Origin: Nitrosopumilus sp.
Lineage (GTDB): Archaea; Thermoproteota; Nitrososphaeria; Nitrososphaerales; Nitrosopumilaceae
Assembly (NCBI GenBank): GCA_965223425.1
Contig: OZ245003.1
Span: 1,536,001-1,600,000, forward strand
Reading direction: 5' to 3'
DNA length: 64,000 bases
Under the pieces are notes generated by a model. The model did no database searches. It had not been told where the DNA came from and saw nothing but the letters and a program-made list of their open reading frames with translations. The translations under genes were made by a program, and so were the position numbers. Of this stretch, positions 10,611-22,550 are shown in pieces (the stretch's first letter is position 1; each line of letters begins with the position of its first letter).

Positions 10611-12494
10611 TCACATTCTATCTGGAGCAACAATCCCAAGAAGATCTAGTGATTTTTCAAGAGTAATTTTAAATGAATTCACAATACAGAGACGAGAGTT
10701 TTCTAGTGCTTCATCATCTAAATCTAAAACATGGACATGCTCATAAAATGAATTGAATGCAACTGCTAAATCATGACAATATCTGGCAATCACTTTTGGT
10801 GAAATGTTCTTAGCAGCATCACGAACTTGAATATCAAATAGACCAATTGTTTTAATCAAATCTAATTCCGGTTGCTCTTTTAGCAGAGAAAAATCAACGT
10901 CAATTGAAGGCACACGTCCAGATTTTTCCAATATTCGAGCAGATCTTGCATGCGTATATTGTATGTAGGGAGCAGTATCTCCCTCCAAACTCAGAGATTT
11001 GGTTAAATCAAACACAATAATTTTATCCAGATCTTGTTTAATCATTTCATAGCGTAGTGTTCCAACTGAAATATCATGAGCAATTCGTTCAATTTCAGTT
11101 GAATCCATTTCAGGGTGTCTCTTTTGTGTTTCCTCAGCTGTTCTCTTTTTTAACAAGTCATAAACAGAATCAGCATTAACATAGAGTCCTTTTCTTCCAG
11201 ACATTTGAGCTTGCTTTCCATCAGTTTTCAATCCCAGAACTTTGGCAGTCTCAGAACTTAGCGTAACTGATTCGTAACTAAGATGCACATATGCGTCAGA
11301 AATGGATTTGAATTTAGCCATTAATGAGGTAATGATTTTTTGTAATCGGGCTTGTCTTGAATCAATTACAGTGATTACTTTATCACCAGTAAAGTTTTGA
11401 GAAGATTCATTGGCAGAATCCAAAGTCGTTTGCCATAAAACTCGTGAATTTTGTTCTTTTTCATATTTCTGATAATGAAAAGGATCCTCAATCAATCCCA
11501 ATTTCCAGGCAGCATATGGAATGTCTTTTGCAATGTAAGTCGCAGTTCCATTGCTTCTAACAACTACCTTGTCTTCTTCTTTGTCATCTCCACGAATCAC
11601 CCAACATCCAGCATTTTTACCCTCATTTTCAAACTCAATTAGATTCATTTCTTTGATTTTCTCAAAGATTTTACTCCACAAACCCGAACGAATTATTTGA
11701 GATTCAAAATTAAGGCAGTCATAGAATACGGACAGATTCCAACATGTTTCAAGCTGATTTGCCAAAACTCTTTTTGTAATTTTATCTGCAAATACAGCAG
11801 TTTCAGAATCACCATCTTCAAGTTCTTTAAGAACATTTTTTCGAATCTCTTCCAAGCTAGAATCGGATTCATATTTTTCAGTAGTCTTGACATACACATC
11901 ATCTCCACAATAATGATCAAATTTTTTTCCATCTGGCGGTTCCTGATCAAATCCAAAATGTTTGAATCCAACTATAATATCAGCAACTTGAAGACCGGAA
12001 TCATCGACATAGTTTAAAATATTAACTTTGTAATTTGCTTTTTCTAAAATTCTAGAAATAGTATCTCCGATGATAATATTTCTAATGTGTCCTATGTGAA
12101 GAGCTTTGTTCGGATTTACACTTGTGTGCTCAACTACAACTGCAGAATTTTTTCCAATATCAACATCACCAAACTCCGGAAGATTAGATTCTGATAAAAT
12201 TAGTTGGTTTAGTTTGTCCCAGTTAGCAAAGAAGTTAAGATTGCCTGAGGGATGAGATTCGGATTTTAAAACAAGCGTATTAGAACAATTTTGATATTTT
12301 TGGGATAGCATTTGGGCAATGTCCTTAGGGCTTTTTTTGAGTTGTTTTGAAAGCAAAAATGAGATATTAGAGCTAGCATCACCGAATCCTGGTTTTGCAG
12401 GTTCGACGGAGAATGTTACATCAGATATGGAGAGATCGTCTAGAATTTTGTTGAGATTGTTTTCAATTTCATCAATAATTGATTTGAAGGTCAT
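10611..12494 (-). CDS. argS: Arginine--tRNA ligase
   Basis: EHTSVNPNKALHIGHIRN (HIGH), MSGRKG, GDTAPYIQY. Confidence 0.95.
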   Translation of the reverse strand: MTFKSIIDEIENNLNKILDDLSISDVTFSVEPAKPGFGDASSNISFLLSKQLKKSPKDIAQMLSQKYQNCSNTLVLKSESHPSGNLNFFANWDKLNQLILSESNLPEFGDVDIGKNSAVVVEHTSVNPNKALHIGHIRNIIIGDTISRILEKANYKVNILNYVDDSGLQVADIIVGFKHFGFDQEPPDGKKFDHYCGDDVYVKTTEKYESDSSLEEIRKNVLKELEDGDSETAVFADKITKRVLANQLETCWNLSVFYDCLNFESQIIRSGLWSKIFEKIKEMNLIEFENEGKNAGCWVIRGDDKEEDKVVVRSNGTATYIAKDIPYAAWKLGLIEDPFHYQKYEKEQNSRVLWQTTLDSANESSQNFTGDKVITVIDSRQARLQKIITSLMAKFKSISDAYVHLSYESVTLSSETAKVLGLKTDGKQAQMSGRKGLYVNADSVYDLLKKRTAEETQKRHPEMDSTEIERIAHDISVGTLRYEMIKQDLDKIIVFDLTKSLSLEGDTAPYIQYTHARSARILEKSGRVPSIDVDFSLLKEQPELDLIKTIGLFDIQVRDAAKNISPKVIARYCHDLAVAFNSFYEHVHVLDLDDEALENSRLCIVNSFKITLEKSLDLLGIVAPDRM

Positions 12495-12495
12495 C

Positions 12496-13191
12496 TTATA
12501 TCTCAGATAATTTAGGTGCTAATTTATCTAATGCTTCAAGGACCCCATCACCGGCATTTGACGAGACAGCCATGGTAGCCTCAGATTTGACTTGATCAGA
12601 TGCATTTCCCAAAGCAATACTTGTTTTTGCCACTTTAAACAAAGGGATGTCAGTTGCACTATCTCCAATGGCAATTACATCACCCTTAGAGATAGAGAAT
12701 TTCTTCATGATTTCGCTAAACCCAAAACCCTTGTCAATTCCATGAGAATTGATGTGGTAAGCATATTGGCTGTCAGATAATTCCACATTGAGATTGTTTT
12801 CAGAAACGATCTTTCTGGCAATATCCAAATCAAATGTTCGCTCCAAAACGACTTCAGTCATTCTAGGAAAAACAGATTTTTCCTGTACGTTATCTATGCT
12901 GTTTTTAATTATTTGAAACGCATTGGTGCATTCTTCAATATTTCCCAATAGAATGTGATCATTGGAATCAAGAGTTATGCAACCACCGTTTTCACCAACA
13001 GAAATCTTTGTGGTTCCACCAAACACAGACAGCAAAAATCCTTCAACAGAAGAACGGCCGGTTACAAAAATCACATCGTGGCCCATGTTAGTTAATCGTC
13101 TTAGTGCATCAAGTGCATCTAAATGGATTCTACCGCCGCCATTTTCTGTAATTGTACCATCAATATCTACAGCAAATATCCGCTTTTTCAT
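12496..13191 (-). CDS. Phosphoglycolate phosphatase / Cof-type HAD hydrolase
   Basis: Start reassigned to ATG 13191 (MKKRIFAVDIDGTIT); TGR and GDSATD HAD motifs. Confidence 0.88.
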   Translation of the reverse strand: MKKRIFAVDIDGTITENGGGRIHLDALDALRRLTNMGHDVIFVTGRSSVEGFLLSVFGGTTKISVGENGGCITLDSNDHILLGNIEECTNAFQIIKNSIDNVQEKSVFPRMTEVVLERTFDLDIARKIVSENNLNVELSDSQYAYHINSHGIDKGFGFSEIMKKFSISKGDVIAIGDSATDIPLFKVAKTSIALGNASDQVKSEATMAVSSNAGDGVLEALDKLAPKLSEI

Positions 13192-13281
13192 ACAAATTGA
13201 TTTGTAGGCCGAATAATATTTGCTACGTAAGTAAAGTAATACGGTTTTATTTGAAAAGAATGTTGCAGGAGTTGGATAAAA

Positions 13282-14391
13282 GTGGGAATTCCTGAAAAAA
13301 TCAAGGCCATTCAAGATGAAATGGCAAAAACTCAGATTAACAAAGCAACAGAGCATCACATAGGATTACTAAAAGCAAAGATTGCAAAACTGAAAAGAGA
13401 GCAAGAAGACAATATTACCAAAAAATCAGGCATGAAATCAGACGGGTTTGATGTCCGAAGAACAGGAGATGCAACTGTTGTGTTTATTGGATTGCCAAGT
13501 GTTGGAAAATCCACATTACTAAACAAAATGACAGAAGCAAAATCAGTTGTTGGTGCTTTTCAATTTACAACACTCACTGTAGTTCCAGGGATGATGGAAT
13601 ATAGAGGGGCAAAAATTCAGATGTTAGATCTTCCAGGAATCATCAAAGGGGCATCTACAGGAAAAGGATTGGGAAAGAGAATTCTCTCTGTTGCAAGAAC
13701 AGCAGATCTAGTATTGCTTATGCTAGATGTATTTCAGCCATATCATGAAGACGTATTAGTAAATGAACTAGGAAACATTGGGATTAGGCTCAACCAACTT
13801 CTCCCAAACATTACAATTGAGAAAGCTGGGATGGGAGGAATCGCAATTGCACAGCAGGTTAAACTAACAAAGATTACAGAAAAACATCTTAAAGATATTT
13901 TACATCTTTATGGAATCGTAAGTGCACGTGTTGTTGTACGAGAAGATGTTACATCAGAGCAACTATCAGATCATATTGCTGGAAATATTAGTTATTCAAA
14001 ATCACTTACAATTTTAAATAAAATTGATTTAGTGGATAAACAATTTCTAAGGGATTTGAAAAAGAAAATAAAATCAAATGTGATTGAGGTGTCTGCAAAT
14101 TCAGACATCAATATTGAATTGCTCAAAGAAAAGATCTATGAGAAACTAAAATTCATTAGAATCTATATGAGGCCAAAAGGTGGAGAAACTGATTTCAAGG
14201 AACCGTTAATTGCAAGAGAAGGAGACACAGTTGAAGATATTTGTAACAAACTGCATAGAAGGATGAGAAAAGAATTCAGATATGGTTTAGTGTGGGGCAA
14301 AAGTGTAAAGTTTGGGGGACAAAGAGTGGGTTTAAGCCATGTTTTACAAGATGAAGATGTACTAACAATCATCAAAAAAAGAGGCACATAA
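13282..14391 (+). CDS. DRG/OBG-family GTP-binding protein with TGS domain
   Basis: GLPSVGKS, FTTL, DLPG, NKID; C-terminal TGS. Confidence 0.93.
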   Translation: MGIPEKIKAIQDEMAKTQINKATEHHIGLLKAKIAKLKREQEDNITKKSGMKSDGFDVRRTGDATVVFIGLPSVGKSTLLNKMTEAKSVVGAFQFTTLTVVPGMMEYRGAKIQMLDLPGIIKGASTGKGLGKRILSVARTADLVLLMLDVFQPYHEDVLVNELGNIGIRLNQLLPNITIEKAGMGGIAIAQQVKLTKITEKHLKDILHLYGIVSARVVVREDVTSEQLSDHIAGNISYSKSLTILNKIDLVDKQFLRDLKKKIKSNVIEVSANSDINIELLKEKIYEKLKFIRIYMRPKGGETDFKEPLIAREGDTVEDICNKLHRRMRKEFRYGLVWGKSVKFGGQRVGLSHVLQDEDVLTIIKKRGT

Positions 14392-14400
14392 CACAAAAAA

Positions 14401-14577
14401 ATGGATCAAGAAAATGAACACAGGTGGTGCAAATTTTGTATGGCAAAAACAAAGCAAGAACTGGTTTTCCTTCCTGAAATGGCCACATACAAGCGTAGAA
14501 GGAAGTACAAATGTACTATTTGTGGTAAAACTAGCTGGTTACAAGGTAGAAGACCATCAGCAGAAAGCGTTTATTGA
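14401..14577 (+). CDS. Small Zn-ribbon protein (58 aa, not in ORF track)
   Basis: Manual translation MDQENEHRWCKFCMAKTKQELVFLPEMATYKRRRKYKCTICGKTSWLQGRRPSAESVY*; two CxxC pairs. Confidence 0.7.
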   Translation: MDQENEHRWCKFCMAKTKQELVFLPEMATYKRRRKYKCTICGKTSWLQGRRPSAESVY

Positions 14578-14692
14578 AAAATTTTACGATCAAAAAATTT
14601 TTTGCAAAAAAAATTACTTGATTAATTGTTATCAGTTTGTGTAACTTTCTTTAGTTTAACCACTGAAAAACCATGAAAATGTCGACACGACA

Positions 14693-14965
14693 ATGGCTAC
14701 AAAAAGAAAAAGTGCAGTAAAGCGTAAAGCCACTCCAAAGAGAAAGGCAGCTAAACGCAAAGCCACTCCAAAGAGAAAGGCAGCTAAACGCAAAGCCACT
14801 CCAAAGAGAAAGGCAGCTAAACGCAAAGCCACTCCAAAGAGAAAGGCAGCTAAACGCAAAGCCACTCCAAAGAGAAAGGCAGCTAAACGCAAAGCCACTC
14901 CAAAGAGAAAGGCAGCTAAACGCAAAGCCACTCCAAAGAGAAAGGCAGCTAAAAGAAAACGATAA
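14693..14965 (+). CDS. Histone H1-like Lys/Arg/Ala repeat protein
   Basis: MATKRKSAV-(KRKATPKRKAA)x7-KRKR. Confidence 0.75.
   Translation: MATKRKSAVKRKATPKRKAAKRKATPKRKAAKRKATPKRKAAKRKATPKRKAAKRKATPKRKAAKRKATPKRKAAKRKATPKRKAAKRKR
14720..14950 (+). repeat. 33-bp tandem repeat x7 (coding VNTR)
   Basis: Unit AAACGCAAAGCCACTCCAAAGAGAAAGGCAGCT; only the first copy differs, at synonymous sites. Confidence 0.95.
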
Positions 14966-15036
14966 TCTCGTTTACAAACTAACAATCGTCATTTAGACGG
15001 CGAATTGTTTTCCTTTTTCTAAATTCTAAACTAGTG

Positions 15037-15321
15037 TTAACTAAACATTTGTCCAGGAGGTTGCGTATTAGTTCCTTTAACGGATTTTTTTTCAACTGAA
15101 AATTTTTTCTCAGGTGGAATAATGGATAATTTGATGGCAGTACTGATTGCATAATGAGGAGTGCCATCAGGATTTTTATAATTTACAGCTTTTCCAATTC
15201 TATCCAAATCAACTTTAACTTTAACTATGGTTCCATCATCTAATTGAAAAGATACAAAATCATTTTCTAATCTTTTATAATCTAACATTTCAAATTCAAT
15301 TTTATTTGGTTTTTCACTCAT
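15037..15321 (-). CDS. Hypothetical protein
   Basis: 94-aa ORF with normal composition, co-oriented with the collagen gene. Confidence 0.7.
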   Translation of the reverse strand: MSEKPNKIEFEMLDYKRLENDFVSFQLDDGTIVKVKVDLDRIGKAVNYKNPDGTPHYAISTAIKLSIIPPEKKFSVEKKSVKGTNTQPPGQMFS

Positions 15322-15343
15322 TGTAATTACTCATTTAACCTGC

Positions 15344-16849
<1,506 letters not shown>

Positions 16850-16936
16850 GTATTTCTGTATTTAGATCGCATGGGTCTATTCAAAATATAGCACAAATAG
16901 TGCTAGACGTACAGGATAGTATTTATCTAGATAAAA

Positions 16937-18067
16937 TTGCATTTTGAGCTAGTGAAAAAACCGTTCGGAAAAAAATCAAAGAAAGCAGATGAGGGGAAAA
17001 TAGAGAAAAAAGAAAACACCAGTCTGGTTGATTCTGATTATAATCGTAAGAAATTATTCAAAAAAGGGGTCAACCTCATGGCCGATGAAAAACTAGAAGA
17101 TGCTGTAGTAGTGTTTGAGCAAGCATTAAGAATTGATCCTGACAATGTAGAAACTTTGATGAAGCTAGGGTATGCGAGATTTCATTTAGATGATCATAAT
17201 GAAGCACTGAAAATATATGACAAAATTTTTGATATTGATGTTACAAATCCAGAAGCCTGGAATCTTAAAGGATTGGTACACTATGAGCAAAAAAATTATG
17301 CCAAAGCATTAGACTCAGTTGAAAAAGCAATTGAATCTGACCCAACATATGGAATGGCTTGGTACAACAAAGCTTGTTTCTTATCATTACTAAATCAGGT
17401 ACCTGAATCATTAGAAGCATTGAAGCGTTCAATTGAAATTGATGTCAAAAATGCCAGAAAATCAATTCGGGATGAAGATTTTAGAAATGTCAGAATAGAG
17501 GAGGGTTTCAAAAGAATTCAAGAAGTCGTGGTTTTAGAATCAGTAAGACAGGGATACCATACAATCGGTTCAATTGTTTGGACAACATTTCTGGATAAAG
17601 CTGATGCAGAAAGCGCATTACGAAAGCTGTTAGAAAAGGGACTAATCATACAAAATGAAAAACGTGATGGCTTGAGTAAGATTCCAATATATGATCTTGC
17701 ATCAAATGTTGCAGAAAAGATTGGAAAAGAAAAGAAAGGGCTGTTTGGAATTACAAGGAAAACATTACCAAAGCCGGTTAAAAATTTGAAAGAATTGAGT
17801 CAGGCTGTTCAATCTGTAAAAGAGGCAATTGATGAAGGAGACACAGAAAAAACTATGAAGGTTTTTGAAGAATTTATAGACTCAAAAAAATCAGGCGAAC
17901 AAATGATTGAAAATTTCTTTGAAGAGCACAGAGAAATAAAATTATGGAAAATCAGATTAAAAGACAGAGGGGAAGACTATCTAATTGACAACAGAGACAA
18001 GATGCTAGTATTATTTGATAACATTGAAGTAGCAATTACTAAAAAACTAAGAAGCGAAATCTCTTAA
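16937..18067 (+). CDS. Tetratricopeptide repeat protein
   Basis: Repeated TPR signatures (ALRIDPDNVE, AWNLKG, AWYNKA). Confidence 0.85.
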   Translation: MHFELVKKPFGKKSKKADEGKIEKKENTSLVDSDYNRKKLFKKGVNLMADEKLEDAVVVFEQALRIDPDNVETLMKLGYARFHLDDHNEALKIYDKIFDIDVTNPEAWNLKGLVHYEQKNYAKALDSVEKAIESDPTYGMAWYNKACFLSLLNQVPESLEALKRSIEIDVKNARKSIRDEDFRNVRIEEGFKRIQEVVVLESVRQGYHTIGSIVWTTFLDKADAESALRKLLEKGLIIQNEKRDGLSKIPIYDLASNVAEKIGKEKKGLFGITRKTLPKPVKNLKELSQAVQSVKEAIDEGDTEKTMKVFEEFIDSKKSGEQMIENFFEEHREIKLWKIRLKDRGEDYLIDNRDKMLVLFDNIEVAITKKLRSEIS

Positions 18068-18865
18068 TTATTCAGCAGATAAATCCCAATAGTTTGCATC
18101 TTCTTGTTTTTCAGTTGGTTTTTGAAGATTTTTCCATTCCTTAAAGGAGCGAACGTACAACTTTGGATTGGGCAAACCCGTAGATTTTAACGCATAATAA
18201 GCCAATCCAGAGAGAGTGCCTACGCTGCCACAATAAGTAATAATCTCTGAATTTCCAGCAATACCACGGTTTTCTAATAATCGCTTCATGTCTTCTTTGG
18301 GGCGTAGAATCTTGTCATTACTTGCAAGCGTTCGATAAGGTAGGCTGATCGCGCCTGGAATATGTTGTTCCAGATAATTCAATCGTTCTCTATTATCAAT
18401 CAGGATTACATCGTCTCTTTCTTTTGCGCTTTCCAAATAATCAGATGTAGCCAAAATAGCTGGTTGCAGATTCATAGAATGCTCTTTGGCTTGTATTTCA
18501 GGGATCAGAGAATCACTTTCTAATCCCAGAGATTTCCAACTACCATAAGTGGTCTCAAGTAAAGTCACATCAGAATGGCCGAGATATTCCAATGTCCAGG
18601 CCACTCTTGATGCCAAGGCACCAAAAGTATCGTCATACACAACAACCGGAGTTTCATTATCGATGCCCATACTGCTTACAAGATTTACAACACGTTCAGG
18701 AGTATCATCAGACAAAAGATTGGCCAATGGTAGATTTACAGCAGTAGGAATATGATCTTTTTTGTAGTCATCTTTACGTCTAACATCAATTACTCTAACA
18801 CTTTTGTCTCTCACTTCTGAACGCAAAGTGTCAACATCAGTTGTCACCTTACCAGATTCTGTCAA
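18068..18865 (-). CDS. Thiosulfate sulfurtransferase (two-domain rhodanese)
   Basis: DVR...HIPTAV, HIPGA, active-site YCGSVG; probable TTG start at 18865. Confidence 0.88.
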   Translation of the reverse strand: MTESGKVTTDVDTLRSEVRDKSVRVIDVRRKDDYKKDHIPTAVNLPLANLLSDDTPERVVNLVSSMGIDNETPVVVYDDTFGALASRVAWTLEYLGHSDVTLLETTYGSWKSLGLESDSLIPEIQAKEHSMNLQPAILATSDYLESAKERDDVILIDNRERLNYLEQHIPGAISLPYRTLASNDKILRPKEDMKRLLENRGIAGNSEIITYCGSVGTLSGLAYYALKSTGLPNPKLYVRSFKEWKNLQKPTEKQEDANYWDLSAE

Positions 18866-20670
18866 GCAGCGCATTCACCCTTTCCAGTTTTTGTATGATA
18901 GCTAGTCTCACTCCCATAATCAAGGTAAAAATCGGGATCATCTTCTTTCGTTGGAGGAACAGTTAATGGCTCGACAATTTTCTTGATATCACTAATTGAT
19001 TTTATTTCAGAGTCCTCATTGCCGGTTACAACCCTATGAATCCAGGATTTGAGGGTGTCATCAGATTTTTTATTTTCTTTGAACAAGTCAATGATTTTCA
19101 GGGTTACAGGTATTACTCTTTTTGCAGGAACCCTGAGACATGTTTCTCCCAACATGGTATCACCATCAGAACGCCCGCCTAAGGACATTTGGTAATTTGC
19201 ATACATGTCTTTTCCAACACGTCCCCCACCTCCAAAGAAACCAATAGTCGCAATTCCATGTTGCCCACAGGAGTTTGGACAACCGCTTATTTTGATGGAC
19301 GAATCGCCAAGATCATCATCTTCATCAAATTTGAGTTCAAGGAATTTTCTTTGAATTTCTTTTGCCAGTCTATGTGAGTTTGTTAATGCAAGGTTACATG
19401 AGGTGGTTCCAGAACAGCCAATAGGGGCAGTCATTGTTAATGCACCAGATTTTGCCAGTCCGACCTCTAAAAGGTCAGAATATAACCGTGGCAAATCATC
19501 CTCATGTACATAGCGTATGGCAATATTTTGTACAAAACCTGCCCTTGCATGTCCTTCTGATGAGAAATCACGTACAAAACCTGCCAACGAGGCAAGCTGG
19601 CTAGCAGTGATATCACCTGCTTCAAGAGTAACAAACACAGAGCGGTAATCAGATTGTTTTTGCTTGACGGTGTTTGTCTTTAACCACCTTGCAAAGCCAT
19701 CAGGTGCAGAACTGCCACTTTCATCAGTGACTCTAATTGGTCGTTTGATTTCATTTGGAGTGTTATCAACATCAAGTTGTGCAATTACAGATTGGGTAGC
19801 ACGCACGATAGCTCTTTCCTTTAGTACCAGGTTTTGGAATTTTTCCCATCCCATATCATTTACAAGATAACGCATTCTATTTCTTGCCATATTTTTTCTA
19901 TCACCTAGTCTATCAAAGATTCTCATTACCGCAATCGAGGTGTAAAGTAGATCTTCTTCGGGGGTGAATTCTTCTAGTTGATGACCAACATATGACTTGT
20001 TTCCCAATCCCCCACCAAGAAATATTTTAAAACCTCTTTGAGTAGTTCCGTCCATTTCTCTGATCTGAGGAATTAATCCAACATCAACCATTCTCACCAT
20101 GCCATGTTTTTCACAGCATGTGAAATTGAATTTGAATTTACGTGGAAGATTTTGTGCCATTGGATTTCTTAAGAAGAATCTCGCAGTTGCTAAAGCGTAT
20201 GGAGTGGCATCAAATTTTTCATCAGAACAAACGCCAGACAAAGGGCTACACATCACATTTCTTACCGTATTTCCACATGCCTCTCTTGAAGTAAGTCCGA
20301 CTTCGGCAAGATTTCTCAGTATTTCTGAAACATCTTCAAGTATTACCCAATGAAGTTGAATGTTTTCTCTTGTGGAGAGATGAGCGCTGCCAATTGAGAA
20401 TTGTTCGCTTAGCTGAGATATTTTTTCAAGTTGATTCGGGTAAATTTCACCGGCCGGAATTTTTATTCTGACCATTGCATAGTCACCGGTCATACGTGTA
20501 CCATAAGCGCCATGTTGGAGTCTGAATCGTCTAAAACTGTCCTCATCATATTTTCCTTGACGGAATAATTTCACAGTTTTAGCAAAATTATCTGCCTCTT
20601 CAATTCTAGCCCAGTTTATTCTTGGTTTTGCAGAATCAGATGACGATTGTTTTAGATCAGATACGGTCAA
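18862..20670 (-). CDS. sir: Ferredoxin-dependent sulfite/nitrite reductase
   Basis: STRENIQ, LPRKFK, siroheme/Fe-S cysteines CSGTTSC and SGCPNSCGQH. Confidence 0.9.
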   Translation of the reverse strand: MTVSDLKQSSSDSAKPRINWARIEEADNFAKTVKLFRQGKYDEDSFRRFRLQHGAYGTRMTGDYAMVRIKIPAGEIYPNQLEKISQLSEQFSIGSAHLSTRENIQLHWVILEDVSEILRNLAEVGLTSREACGNTVRNVMCSPLSGVCSDEKFDATPYALATARFFLRNPMAQNLPRKFKFNFTCCEKHGMVRMVDVGLIPQIREMDGTTQRGFKIFLGGGLGNKSYVGHQLEEFTPEEDLLYTSIAVMRIFDRLGDRKNMARNRMRYLVNDMGWEKFQNLVLKERAIVRATQSVIAQLDVDNTPNEIKRPIRVTDESGSSAPDGFARWLKTNTVKQKQSDYRSVFVTLEAGDITASQLASLAGFVRDFSSEGHARAGFVQNIAIRYVHEDDLPRLYSDLLEVGLAKSGALTMTAPIGCSGTTSCNLALTNSHRLAKEIQRKFLELKFDEDDDLGDSSIKISGCPNSCGQHGIATIGFFGGGGRVGKDMYANYQMSLGGRSDGDTMLGETCLRVPAKRVIPVTLKIIDLFKENKKSDDTLKSWIHRVVTGNEDSEIKSISDIKKIVEPLTVPPTKEDDPDFYLDYGSETSYHTKTGKGECAA

Positions 20671-20856
20671 TACAAAGAAATTCCTTTTAGTTTGGATATA
20701 AATTTTTGATATATGTATGTTTTAGGAGAGAATTTTTCAGCAACTTACATAATTTTCCTATTTTCCTGCTCATTTCAATCAAATTCAAATTAGTGTCACC
20801 TAATTTTTAAAAAATTTGTGGGAAAGTATTAATTGTTCAGAGAACGAATCATCGAT

Positions 20857-21675
20857 ATGCAAGAAGCAACAGTTGCAGAACAATCTTCTAAAATATTTAC
20901 AGATGTACGCGAAGTAGAAATAACACGTGCAATTGCAAATGAATTCCATGACGTTTTAATTGATAGGGCAGAATCAGATGTTATTATTATTGGCGCAGGC
21001 CCTGCAGGATTAACGGCAAGCAGGGAGCTTTCAAACATGGGTTACAAAGTTCTAGTCATTGAACAGAACAACTACCTAGGAGGAGGCTACTGGTTAGGGG
21101 GATACATGATGAATCCTGTCACAGTTAGAGAACCTGCTCAAAAAATTTGGGACGAATTAGGAGTTCCATACAAAAAAGTCGCAGATGGGTTGTATCTAAC
21201 ACCAGGACCGCATGCAGTATCAAAATTAGTTGCAGGTGCATGCGATGCAGGAGTAAAATTCCTTCAACTGACAAAGTTTGATGATTTAGTGTTAAAGAAC
21301 GGAAGAGTTGTAGGAATTGTTGTTAATTGGATGCCAGTGTCAGCATTGCCACGTAACATTACATGTGTTGATCCAGTTGCTTTCGAGGCAAAAGTAATCA
21401 TTGATGCATCAGGCCACGATTCTGTAGCTGTAAAAAGACTTGTAGATAGAGGGTTAGCCGAATGGAAAGGAATGGAACCAATGTTTGTCAACGACGGAGA
21501 AGAACACGTTGTCAACAAAACAGGAGAAGTGTATCCAGGGTTAGTTGCAACAGGAATGTCAGTCACTGAAACACACGGGTTGGCGCGAATGGGCCCAACA
21601 TTTGGTTCAATGCTGTATTCAGGAAAAAGGGCAGCTGAGATTACAGCAGCAAAAATCAAAGAGTTAGAAAGATAA
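20857..21675 (+). CDS. thi4: Sulfide-dependent thiazole synthase
   Basis: IGAGPAGL, CVDP, GHD, RMGPTFGSMLYSG. Confidence 0.92.
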   Translation: MQEATVAEQSSKIFTDVREVEITRAIANEFHDVLIDRAESDVIIIGAGPAGLTASRELSNMGYKVLVIEQNNYLGGGYWLGGYMMNPVTVREPAQKIWDELGVPYKKVADGLYLTPGPHAVSKLVAGACDAGVKFLQLTKFDDLVLKNGRVVGIVVNWMPVSALPRNITCVDPVAFEAKVIIDASGHDSVAVKRLVDRGLAEWKGMEPMFVNDGEEHVVNKTGEVYPGLVATGMSVTETHGLARMGPTFGSMLYSGKRAAEITAAKIKELER

Positions 21676-21698
21676 GCCATCATAAAAACAAGATATTA

Positions 21699-22466
21699 TT
21701 GAAAACCCGTAGAATCATTCTCTATAATGAGCCCAAGGTTACTGAAATACAAATAGAAAAACTAGCACAGTTTCTTGCAAAAATGTTTTCAATCGAAGTA
21801 GAAATCAGAGAAAATTTCTTTCAGGTTTCAAGTGATAAAATATTTGAAAAGATTGCAGGTACCAGAATTTTTGATTTAAGGAAATCATTTAAAAAACACA
21901 GTCCCTCATCTTTTGATGTTTCAATAGAAAAAGAAAACACGGACATGTCTCAAGAAGATGAGATGGTACTGTACGATGGGTTTGAATTTTACAAAACAAT
22001 ATCAGAATTTATTCCAGCAAAGGAAAATAAAATGGATATATTACACATAGTTTTTACAAGTAAACTTACATGTACTTTTGATGAAGATGATTGCAGATAT
22101 CATGCAAGGGCATTAATTGGATCCAATCCTACAATAATTTCAACAACAGGAATGGTGGAAGCGCCAGCAAAGCCTAAACAATACTACTTGGATCTAATGA
22201 CAAACTTTTCAAAAGAAAAAATAAAAGATGTTAAAAAAAAATACAGGGGGGAATTTTTGGAATATCATGATTTGCGAACATCAGAAATTGCAGAAGGATA
22301 TCTATTACAAGCCATCATGTATTATGAGACAGGGGAGGCATTTTGTGAGCACAAAGATTGCAGATTGTTTAATGCTCATTGGCAAAATGAACTTTTTTTC
22401 TCACAATTAGAAAACAGAAAATTTTGCAAAAAACATCAAGAAATTTTAGATGGGTTAAAAAATTAG
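21699..22466 (+). CDS. Putative metallopeptidase-like protein (DUF6775-like)
   Basis: YHAR, VEAPAKP, C-terminal CEHKDCRLFNAH...FCKKH. Confidence 0.6.
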   Translation: MKTRRIILYNEPKVTEIQIEKLAQFLAKMFSIEVEIRENFFQVSSDKIFEKIAGTRIFDLRKSFKKHSPSSFDVSIEKENTDMSQEDEMVLYDGFEFYKTISEFIPAKENKMDILHIVFTSKLTCTFDEDDCRYHARALIGSNPTIISTTGMVEAPAKPKQYYLDLMTNFSKEKIKDVKKKYRGEFLEYHDLRTSEIAEGYLLQAIMYYETGEAFCEHKDCRLFNAHWQNELFFSQLENRKFCKKHQEILDGLKN

Positions 22467-22550
22467 ATTAAAAATTGAGTTTTACAAATATCGGGCATGT
22501 TCAAAAAGGATATTCACTTAAATTATTGAAGCATGGCAGGGTGAATTATC

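Noticed and set aside
14720-14950. Possible CRISPR array (33-bp repeats); same consideration for 38140-38283
   Set aside because: Units are head-to-tail with no spacers and are in-frame coding repeats; no cas genes in the window.
14656-14985. Hydrophobic antisense ORF (LAAFLFGVALR)n
   Set aside because: Mirror of the H1-like repeat; open only because the repeat has no stop codons on that strand.
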